Assembly (NCBI GenBank): GCA_963667035.1
Contig: OY762964.1
Coordinates: 1,664,001 to 1,728,000, forward strand
DNA: 64,000 nucleotides
From: Candidatus Cloacimonadales bacterium
GTDB taxonomy: Bacteria > Cloacimonadota > Cloacimonadia > Cloacimonadales > JAFGVF01
Direction: 5' to 3'
The notes under the pieces were generated by a model. It was not told the DNA's origin. It saw nothing but the letters and a program-made list of their open reading frames with translations, and searched no databases. Every line of letters begins with the position of its first letter. Within the stretch, counting starts at the first letter, position 1. This document shows positions 37,786 to 45,968 of the stretch, in pieces. A program made the position numbers and the translations under genes.

Positions 37786-40227
37786 TTATTCTTCAGTTTG
37801 TATGAAAGGCATGAGATAAAGAACTCTTTCTCCATCAAATTGCTTAAGAGTATCATAAGTCTCTTTAACAGTGTTAAGTCCGCTTGTTAACTTCATTCCA
37901 AAAGGTGAGAATTCAGGAAAGTCAACTTTGATTGAGATGCCTGAACTGTAAGAAGGATATTCTTCAACATCAACATCATCGGTAATTTTAGCTAATTGAG
38001 AAGCATACTCAATTGCATCTTCAAGATTACCAATCTCATCCACCAAGCCATTTTCAACACCCTGTTGACCGGACCAGATTCTACCTTGAGCAATCTTCTT
38101 CACTTCTTCCCTATCCATTCCTCTTCCGTCAGAGACAACATCAATGAATGTATCATAAGTATGTTCAATCATTTCTTTGAATCTTTGCTTTTCACTTTTA
38201 GTCATCTTTCTATGAGTTGCACCTAAATCAGAATTCTCTCCGAATTTGATTGAACTCCAGTTTATATGTAACTTGTCATAAAGTCCTTCGAAGTTAGGAA
38301 GCATACCAATAACGCCTATAGATCCTGTGATAGTTGTAGGTTCGGCAAATATTCTGTCTGCATAAGCAGATATATAGTATCCACCGGACGCAGCAGCACC
38401 ACACATTGATACAACCACAGGTTTCTTATTCTTTCCTTCTTTACAGAGTTTTATCTCATGAGCAATTATATCGGAAGCCTGAGCTGATCCACCGCCACTA
38501 TCCACTCTTAACACGATTGCTTTTACTTCCGGATTGTTTCTTGCTTCTTCAATTGCTTTTGCATAGCTCTCAGCACCAATGTTTGAACCCGGTTTACCTT
38601 TACCCATTATGATATTACCGGTAGCATTGATGACTTTAATTTTAGATGTTGTGTTGTAATTCCAAGCAGTATCCATACGCTCATTACTTTCTCCGGTAAA
38701 GCTTGTGTAATGCAGGTCATTCTTAACTGTATCGAATAGTTCTGATTGATAAATTACATCATCAACTAGTCCCAATTCTTTACATTTTGCTGCATCAAAG
38801 TAAGGACCGTTATCAATAAGTTCTTTTACGTTTCCAGCCAAATTCTCTCTTCCGTTTTCAATACTTCTCACCATTTCTTCATACACTATTCCGAAAACAG
38901 ATTCGTAAGCTTCTCTTTCGGCATCTGTCATATGCTCTTCGGTCAGATTATTACCGGCAGTTTTATATGGATGACTTCTAAGGTTAGTAAACTCAATACC
39001 TAAAGTATCAAGTAATCCTTTGAAATAAGGAGAGCTAAGAGAAATACCTTTAAGTTCGATTCCACCCATTTTATTGAGATAAATCTTATCCATAATAGAA
39101 GCGGCAAAGAAGTATCCGGAGTTTGAGATATTATCAAAGTAGGCTATCAATTGCTTTCCTGTTTCTTCTTTAAACTCTTTTAAGTACTCAATCACTTCCT
39201 GCTTTCTTGCAATAGAAGACGGGAAGTTAGGATTCATAAACAAAACAGCACCTATAGTTTCGTCTTGTGCCAAGAGTTCGAGTTTATCCTTGAACTCTCT
39301 CATTGTCATACCTTTACTATCTATCAGAGAGAAAGGTCCAATCTTCATGGCTGACTGAGAATCAACTAATTCTTTATTGAGAGCCATTTTATATGCTTTA
39401 CTTCTGTTCTTCTCAAATAAAGTAGGAATACTTCTCTCGTGGAAAGAGATAAAATCATATCCGTAATTAGTATCGTCATTCATTTCTGTTCTTGAACCGA
39501 TTGAGAAATCATCAATTCCAAGACTGAACTGAAAGCTTGCAGTCTCATTCTCAACATTATATGCTCCACCTAACTTCAGACCTTCAGCTACTACAAGATT
39601 AGCTCCTATAGTTGGAGAAGACAAAGCTCTGTCTTCATCTGCAAGAGGGTCGTCACGGTTTAAGTCATAAAATCCCATATCAGCATATAATTCTACTTTA
39701 TCATACATTGATGAGTTTATAAATGGTCTGACTCCAATACCGAAACGGAAATCAGGATCCATAAATTCATCTTTCACAGTGTCTTTAGCGAAATCAGCCG
39801 TAGCACCCAAAGAGAACATTCTGCTAGGTCTCAAGATAGTACCTAATTTATATCCGCCATCTTCAAACTTATCTTTGTCCCAATTCCATTCAGCACCTAA
39901 ATAGATATTTCTGAAAAAGGAAACATTCCCCATATTTGTTCCCCATTGAAGAGCATGAGAGTAATAATCTTTATCAATAACATTCATTGAATACCCAAGA
40001 CCTTCCAAATTGAAAATCAATGAGTAATCTTGATCCCAAGTGGCTTCTTTTCTTTGCCACAAGGCACTTATACTTGCACCTTGATTTAATCCTGCAGCAG
40101 CCGGATTCTCGGTAATGCCTATGTATGTATCGGGTATTGCAACTGAGAAGTTTGAAAAGACATTCCCCTGAGCAAATAGCCCGGTAACGAGTAGACATAT
40201 CCAGATTACTGGTAATACTTTTTTCAT
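37786..40227 (-). CDS. sppA: signal peptide peptidase SppA with extra N-terminal domain
   Basis: YKTAG, VLRVDSGGGS, AASGGYYI, TGSIGV, GRIWSG. Confidence 0.88.
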   Translation of the reverse strand: MKKVLPVIWICLLVTGLFAQGNVFSNFSVAIPDTYIGITENPAAAGLNQGASISALWQRKEATWDQDYSLIFNLEGLGYSMNVIDKDYYSHALQWGTNMGNVSFFRNIYLGAEWNWDKDKFEDGGYKLGTILRPSRMFSLGATADFAKDTVKDEFMDPDFRFGIGVRPFINSSMYDKVELYADMGFYDLNRDDPLADEDRALSSPTIGANLVVAEGLKLGGAYNVENETASFQFSLGIDDFSIGSRTEMNDDTNYGYDFISFHERSIPTLFEKNRSKAYKMALNKELVDSQSAMKIGPFSLIDSKGMTMREFKDKLELLAQDETIGAVLFMNPNFPSSIARKQEVIEYLKEFKEETGKQLIAYFDNISNSGYFFAASIMDKIYLNKMGGIELKGISLSSPYFKGLLDTLGIEFTNLRSHPYKTAGNNLTEEHMTDAEREAYESVFGIVYEEMVRSIENGRENLAGNVKELIDNGPYFDAAKCKELGLVDDVIYQSELFDTVKNDLHYTSFTGESNERMDTAWNYNTTSKIKVINATGNIIMGKGKPGSNIGAESYAKAIEEARNNPEVKAIVLRVDSGGGSAQASDIIAHEIKLCKEGKNKKPVVVSMCGAAASGGYYISAYADRIFAEPTTITGSIGVIGMLPNFEGLYDKLHINWSSIKFGENSDLGATHRKMTKSEKQRFKEMIEHTYDTFIDVVSDGRGMDREEVKKIAQGRIWSGQQGVENGLVDEIGNLEDAIEYASQLAKITDDVDVEEYPSYSSGISIKVDFPEFSPFGMKLTSGLNTVKETYDTLKQFDGERVLYLMPFIQTEE

Positions 40228-40237
40228 TTATAACCTC

Positions 40238-41131
40238 CTAAGACTCTATTTTCTTATGTTTAAATATATATGTTGAGACAACAAAGATGGCAGCACTGAG
40301 CAATACTATCCAAAGCTGTTCGGTATAGAAGAAACCACTCAGCGGTATTTCATTAACCGAAGAGATATTCTCAACAGCTTTAGGGATTATGGAGCGTGGT
40401 TGTAATAATTCCATTGCCATTTTCATTAGATAACTGAATATCGATAGGAACTGAATCCCGGCAAGCTTAGATAACAATTCAATAAATCCCAGAGTTAATA
40501 GGACAAAAGCTCCTTTCATCAATGCCATTCTGGTAAAGACTGCAGATACCAGGAAGCCTAGTGAGCCAAACAATAAGGCGGGACCTATCGTTGAAATGCA
40601 ACCTGCAAAGAATCCTTGGAATACTGAACTCCAGACTAACCCTTTATCAGTGAATTGTGTTGCAAATATTATGCTGATTACTACTGTATTTACTAAAGCA
40701 ATAATAGTTGCACTAATAAGAGCTCCTATAATGCTGTTGAGGTACTTAGCTCCTGTACGTGTCCAGATTGAAACCGGTTGTGTACGATAGAATAGCTCAT
40801 ACCCCATCTTCTTTTCATAGTTCAATGAGCTGGAAGCTCTTATCATACCTACAAATACACCGAATATTCCCAACGCGAACACGGTCATAATGTATCCGAC
40901 AATCAATAGTATTACTTTGGAAGCTTCACTATCAATTGCAACACCTTGTTCAAGAAATATTGATTTAATACTCTGAGCAAGATCAGTATCTGTTTTTATG
41001 ATTCTCGCATAGAGAAGAATCATAAATATTAACGAGGTTGCATAATTGAATCCCTGTATTATCAATGGAATCAGAAAAGCAACTTTATTAGCTTTAAATT
41101 CATGCTTTAAATATAAAAAGAATTTATTCAT
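40238..41131 (-). CDS. ABC-2-type permease
   Basis: Multi-TM, F.RTQPVS motif, follows the ATPase. Confidence 0.75.
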   Translation of the reverse strand: MNKFFLYLKHEFKANKVAFLIPLIIQGFNYATSLIFMILLYARIIKTDTDLAQSIKSIFLEQGVAIDSEASKVILLIVGYIMTVFALGIFGVFVGMIRASSSLNYEKKMGYELFYRTQPVSIWTRTGAKYLNSIIGALISATIIALVNTVVISIIFATQFTDKGLVWSSVFQGFFAGCISTIGPALLFGSLGFLVSAVFTRMALMKGAFVLLTLGFIELLSKLAGIQFLSIFSYLMKMAMELLQPRSIIPKAVENISSVNEIPLSGFFYTEQLWIVLLSAAIFVVSTYIFKHKKIES

Positions 41132-41972
41132 TGCTTCCTCCTACTAAAGCCAGGAAGAGGTCAGATATTCGTGGATTACTGTATGAAACTAACAGTTCGT
41201 CATTAATTTCACCTTTTACCAGTGCAGTGACATTCCCCAACCCTTCGAACACAGATAGTGGTTCCATAGCCATAACAATCTCTTTTGATGCTAATGGCAC
41301 TGTGATTTGTTTATAATCCCTGTTAATGTTATCAATAGAATCATACAAAACAATTTTCCCATTATCAATGAAGATTATGTCTTGTAATATATTCTCAACT
41401 TCCTCAACCTGATGGGTAGATATTATAATTGTTCTTTCACTGTTGTAGAATTCACCCAATATTGAGTTAAAGAATTCCTTTCTAAACTGAATATCAAGGC
41501 CTAATGTAGGCTCGTCCAGTAGAAGAATATCAACATCAAGACACAACGTCAAAAGCAGGTATAGTTTGGTCTTCATACCTTTTGATAAGCTAGTTATTTT
41601 ATTATTCAAAGGCAGCTTACTGGTAGAGAACAGCTGATCAAAACGTTCATCATTCCAGGATTGGTTTAATCCTTTAACTAATTCGATAGCGTCTTTAACT
41701 TTGATTCTTCTATCCAATGCAGATACGTCAGGAATAAAAGCTATCTTCTCAAAGAGCTTCGAATCGCTATATTTCACTTTTTTATCATTAAGAATAATCT
41801 CTCCTTCATGATGCAGTAAACCGAGCATACATCTCATCAATGTTGATTTTCCTGCTCCGTTTCGCCCGAAAAGTCCGATAATTCTTCCCTTAGGGATAGA
41901 CAAATTCACATCATCCAAAGCTTTTAATTTCTTATAACATTTCGTTACATTCTTCACTTCCATGATACTCAT
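41124..41972 (-). CDS. ABC transporter ATP-binding protein (YtrB-like)
   Basis: GRNGAGKST, LSKGM, LDEPT. Confidence 0.92.
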   Translation of the reverse strand: MSIMEVKNVTKCYKKLKALDDVNLSIPKGRIIGLFGRNGAGKSTLMRCMLGLLHHEGEIILNDKKVKYSDSKLFEKIAFIPDVSALDRRIKVKDAIELVKGLNQSWNDERFDQLFSTSKLPLNNKITSLSKGMKTKLYLLLTLCLDVDILLLDEPTLGLDIQFRKEFFNSILGEFYNSERTIIISTHQVEEVENILQDIIFIDNGKIVLYDSIDNINRDYKQITVPLASKEIVMAMEPLSVFEGLGNVTALVKGEINDELLVSYSNPRISDLFLALVGGSNE

Positions 41973-42340
41973 AGAGTCACCTCCACTATAATCTTCTTCA
42001 ACATCTCACAAATTTCGCTAACATCTATCCCTAAAAAGGATACGCTTTTAGCGAACTCTCTCACATCTTTTTCGTAGAATTCAGCTCTCCTCATTTTTAG
42101 AAGCTTTTCTTTTGCATCTTCCGAAATATAAAAACCAAGTCCTCGTTTCTTATAGACAACTCCATCGTTTACTAATTCCGAAAAAGCACTAGCTACCGTC
42201 TGAGGATTTAGGCGATATGCCTGAGCTAAACTCCTGATTGATGGTAATGAATCATCCGAACTATATGTATCGGATAGAATTCCTTCTTCAACCAGTTTCT
42301 TTAACTGCAAGTAAATCGGCATGTCTTTGGTAAATTCCAT
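41969..42340 (-). CDS. GntR-family (YtrA subfamily) regulator
   Basis: PIYLQL, LPSIRSLA, NPQTV, RGLG; short C-terminus; ABC operon context. Confidence 0.92.
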   Translation of the reverse strand: MEFTKDMPIYLQLKKLVEEGILSDTYSSDDSLPSIRSLAQAYRLNPQTVASAFSELVNDGVVYKKRGLGFYISEDAKEKLLKMRRAEFYEKDVREFAKSVSFLGIDVSEICEMLKKIIVEVTL

Positions 42341-42356
42341 TTATCGCCTCCTAGTC

Positions 42357-42382
42357 TGGTGTTATGGTTTACCAATACACCA
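42357..42382. promoter_or_regulatory. putative YtrA-type operator overlapping the gntR promoter
   Basis: Palindrome TGGTGT-N14-ACACCA beside minus-strand TTGACA at 42392-42387. Confidence 0.6.
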
Positions 42383-42499
42383 CAGATGTCAAGCACTTTG
42401 TTTTATTTTTGTTTCTCCAACTCTCCTCTACCCCGATAAACAAAGGCATTTAGGTCTAGTATTTTTATTTTTATTCCCTACCACAAATGACCTTTATGA

Positions 42500-42520
42500 A
42501 TACTTTAAGGGTGACTCGCC
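42500..42520 (-). repeat. orphan copy of the IS terminal repeat
   Basis: ATACTTTAAGGGTGACTCGCC matches 44104-44125 except for one T. Confidence 0.8.
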
Positions 42521-42536
42521 AATTAAATGAACATGT

Positions 42537-42720
42537 CATGAACCTATTACGCCCCTTCTGCAACACTGTTAAAGACCTAAGAAATTCTATGGTGAAAGTT
42601 ATCCACACGATGTGGACAACTTTGGCTTTCGCCAAGGAGGGTCCAAGGAGGCTCCTTAGTGGATCCAATCCGGTTCCAATGTTTTTAACAGTCGCCCTTA
42701 AGAGAAGCAGAAGGATCATG
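42537..42720. ncRNA. candidate structured RNA or ssDNA element of unknown class
   Basis: Nested stems 42554-61/42707-14 and 42565-76/42681-92 enclosing three hairpins; strand unresolved. Confidence 0.45.
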
Positions 42721-43806
42721 GATACATAAAAGGGTGGTGGGAGGTAACCCTTTAAAGTATCCAGTTTTGTAATTAGCAAGAAAATTCTTTCTAAAAGAGT
42801 CGCAGAATATGGGGATAAAGCATAAATCAGCAGTTTTAGCCTTAAGTCCATATTCTGCGACTAACTCAACGGGGGCCTTGTTGCCTCTAGTCCTGATTTT
42901 ACGAATATGGTTGTAGTAAGTCTGATATATGAAGACTTTACTAATGAAAGATATAATGTCTCTAAACTCTTCATAATCATATAATTCTTGTTCTATGGTG
43001 TTGTGAAAGCTTTCTACATCACTGTTGAATGTTGGAGATTTTGGAGGTATGCGAACATGAGTTACTCCATGTTTGTTTAAGATTTCTTCAAAGATTGTGA
43101 CTCTACTATGAAGAGGTTCAATAAATTCAGTACCGTTATCTGTTTGGAAAGTAATATCATTAGGAGAGCAATGTAACCCTTTTAGGTATTCAATTACGTA
43201 ATCCGCAAAAATGGCAGTTGAGAGATCATCTTTATAGTTTGTAAAGCCTAGAAATACCATTCCTGTCTTGTAATCTCTGGCAGTAATCTGAAACATAGGT
43301 ATTGCACCTGACTCATATGCTCTACTCTGTTTAGCAATATCATTTAGGTATTTAACATCGAGCTGAAGTTTCTGCATAGGCTTATAGTGTGCTCTTACAG
43401 CTGACATATCTTTCTTTTTCTTGTATCTTGTTTTTCTTTTCAAAACAAGCTTATGTCTCTTTAATACCTTATGAACGGTCTTTGCTGAGTAATGCAATTT
43501 CAGATTATTTACTATAGTGCGAGCTCCTGGATTGCCACGATCTTTACGTTCTTTGATGATAGCATCTTCAATATCTTTTGGCATCTTCAGAGGATGTTTC
43601 TGACCAACCCTGGACTTATTCTCGAGACCTGCCTCTCCAAGCTCAAGATACCTATTTCTCCAGAGACGAACAGTCTTCCTGGTTGTGCCTAACATCCTAG
43701 CTGTTTCAGATATGCCATGCTGCATTGAAAGAGTATACATCTGATACCGTAAAAGAGTTCTTGACTTAAATTCTTTACTGAGTAATCTCATCTCTAAATA
43801 TGTCAT
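42685..43806 (-). CDS. IS481/IS1202-like DDE transposase (HTH + integrase core)
   Basis: ISETARMLG...TVRLWRNRY HTH; QLDVK, QTDNGTEF, NSDVESFH; YYNHIR. Confidence 0.9.
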   Translation of the reverse strand: MTYLEMRLLSKEFKSRTLLRYQMYTLSMQHGISETARMLGTTRKTVRLWRNRYLELGEAGLENKSRVGQKHPLKMPKDIEDAIIKERKDRGNPGARTIVNNLKLHYSAKTVHKVLKRHKLVLKRKTRYKKKKDMSAVRAHYKPMQKLQLDVKYLNDIAKQSRAYESGAIPMFQITARDYKTGMVFLGFTNYKDDLSTAIFADYVIEYLKGLHCSPNDITFQTDNGTEFIEPLHSRVTIFEEILNKHGVTHVRIPPKSPTFNSDVESFHNTIEQELYDYEEFRDIISFISKVFIYQTYYNHIRKIRTRGNKAPVELVAEYGLKAKTADLCFIPIFCDSFRKNFLANYKTGYFKGLPPTTLLCIHDPSASLKGDC

Positions 43807-44125
43807 AAGTGTCAGTATATCTGATTCTTAGATTGCTGGCACTCTTTTTTTGTAGGATATATATAATCCAAGTATTCAAGGCGAATGTTTCATCCCCTCC
43901 ATTCGCTACGCTCATTGCGTGGATGAAACATTTACTCTGCATTTCTCTAGAAATAATCCAATTCATTAAAATATTCCTTTAACTGATTAACTGCATTTTT
44001 ATCAAGTATATAACCCATAAAGACACCGGTCTCTATTGATGATATTATATCATGTAGTTTACGTAGTATTTTTCTTGGTAAAACTTTGACCTCCCTAGGG
44101 TGGATACTTTTAAGGGTGACTCGCC
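42739..44125 (-). mobile_element. insertion sequence, 1387 bp, with 17-bp target duplication
   Basis: Imperfect 25-bp IRs (20/25) at 42739-42763 and 44101-44125; ATACATAAAAGGGTGGT at 42722-42738 and 44126-44142. Confidence 0.9.
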
Positions 44126-44422
44126 ATACATAAAAGGGTGGTCCCTACACTTTAATTTTCTATTAGCCATACAGTTAGTGTTTATACCAAGTTAGTAGTG
44201 GTAAAATTCGTGTAACAAAAGTAGTGTTTAAGTGCATTTAATTGATGTTAGTAGGATTGGATATTCGTTTCGGGGGTAAATATGTAAGAATAGTCCGACT
44301 GAGATCTATCTTTATATATGTAATCCAATTAGCAGGATATAGCAGACTGATTGTGATAAAATATTCTTGACACTACACCTGTTTCAATACAAGTCATTTT
44401 GGATACACGAAATAGGATAAAT

Positions 44423-45232
44423 ATGAGCTTAAAAAAGATAATATCGCAGATAAACAGTTATGGATATGAGCCAATAGACCTTAAAGGGACTATTATCAAA
44501 CCGGATGAGTTTCAAATCATTGCCGGTCCATGCACTATAGAATCCAAAGATGACCTTGAACTGATAGCCCAAGAACTCAATGAAATTGGAATTCGTCTCA
44601 TAAGAGGTGGTGCTTTCAAGTTAAGGACCAATGCCAATTCTTTTAACGGATTGGGAAGTAAAGCTCTTGACTGGCTACAGGAAGTCGGAAGGAAATATAA
44701 TCTGGTAACAGTAAGTGAGTTAACCGACATATCTCATCTGGATGAGATGATTGAAAAGGTTGATATTCTTCTTATCGGCACAAGGAATATGCTTAACTAT
44801 CCACTCTTGACCGAAGTTGGGAAATCCAAGAAACCGGTAATCTTGAAAAGAGGTATGAGTAGTACTGTCGACGAGTGGTTACAGGCTTCGGAATACATTC
44901 TCAAAGAGGGTAATTCAAAACTGATATTCTGTGAACGAGGAATAAGAACATTTGATTCCATTACTCGTAATACTTATGATATTACAGCAATCCCACTTTT
45001 ACGACAGAGTCTGGTATTTCCTGTGATTGGTGATCCTTCTCATGCAACCGGTTTGAGAGAATTGATAAAACCCATAAGTTTAGCTACAGCATCCGTAGGA
45101 GCAAGCGGACTCATTGTGGAAGCCCATGTGAATCCTGAATCCGTGATAGTTGACTCTCGGCAAACAATTTGTTTATCAACTTTAAAAGAAATTTCGGAAC
45201 AATCTCGTAAAATAGTAGAACTTCTTAATTGA
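44423..45232 (+). CDS. aroF: DAHP synthase, class I-beta type
   Basis: IAGPCTIES, RGGAFK.RT, LKRG, CERGIRTF, DPSH. Confidence 0.85.
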   Translation: MSLKKIISQINSYGYEPIDLKGTIIKPDEFQIIAGPCTIESKDDLELIAQELNEIGIRLIRGGAFKLRTNANSFNGLGSKALDWLQEVGRKYNLVTVSELTDISHLDEMIEKVDILLIGTRNMLNYPLLTEVGKSKKPVILKRGMSSTVDEWLQASEYILKEGNSKLIFCERGIRTFDSITRNTYDITAIPLLRQSLVFPVIGDPSHATGLRELIKPISLATASVGASGLIVEAHVNPESVIVDSRQTICLSTLKEISEQSRKIVELLN

Positions 45233-45332
45233 CGCAAATAATTGTAATTAATTATTGCCATCTGATATAAATAACCTTGACTTTATGAAATAATCAGAAA
45301 TATAAGGTAATAAGTAATATATAGAGGAAGTA

Positions 45333-45965
45333 ATGGTAAATATTATTTTAATTGGAAAACAAGGTAGCGGGAAAGGGACTCAGGCAAAACTACTTGCAAA
45401 GCAGTTTAACCTGGAGCACATAAACACCGGTGCATTGTTCCGTAAACACATCGAACAGGAAACAGATTTAGGCTTAATAGCCGATGCCTATATAAAAATG
45501 GGTGCTTTAGTGCCTGATAAATTTGTTTTTCAGTTGATTGAAGAGAGTATCGAGCCTGATATCAAGGGTCTGGTGTTTGACGGATTTCCAAGGACGCTTG
45601 AGCAGGCAGCGTATATTGTCGATAGATACCACATTGATAAAGTTATCTATCTTAGTTTACCTGTTGAAGTAGCTAAAGAGCGCATTACTTCAAGAGTTGA
45701 ATGTATAGATTGCGGGAAAACCTACAATCTACAGACATCTCCACCGGAAGTAGAAAATGTCTGCGATGTATGCGGAGGAGTTGTAGGACCACGAGCTGAC
45801 GATAAACCGGAAGCAATTGATAAAAGAATTTCTGAATTCTTAGAAAAAACTAAACTCCAATTGGATTACTTCTCAACCTTCGGTATTGTCGAGACAATCG
45901 ATGCCAATGACAGTGTTGAGAATGTTAGCAATAAAATAGCGGAGATTGTAGAGAAACTATTTTAA
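45333..45965 (+). CDS. adk: adenylate kinase
   Basis: GKQGSGKGTQ, DGFPRT, Zn lid CIDC...CDVC, RADD. Confidence 0.92.
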   Translation: MVNIILIGKQGSGKGTQAKLLAKQFNLEHINTGALFRKHIEQETDLGLIADAYIKMGALVPDKFVFQLIEESIEPDIKGLVFDGFPRTLEQAAYIVDRYHIDKVIYLSLPVEVAKERITSRVECIDCGKTYNLQTSPPEVENVCDVCGGVVGPRADDKPEAIDKRISEFLEKTKLQLDYFSTFGIVETIDANDSVENVSNKIAEIVEKLF

Positions 45966-45968
45966 AGT

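Noticed and set aside
42595..42623. Chromosomal oriC
   Set aside because: Only two DnaA boxes and no dnaA/dnaN/gidA context
42471..42851. ORFs 42471-42851 (-) and 42487-42729 (+)
   Set aside because: They cross IS ends or the structured element and show no recognisable motifs; likely spurious
42520..44244. Retron-like a1/a2 arms (CAATTAAATGAAC vs GTGCATTTAATTG)
   Set aside because: AT-rich 12/13 match could be chance; no reverse transcriptase in the window
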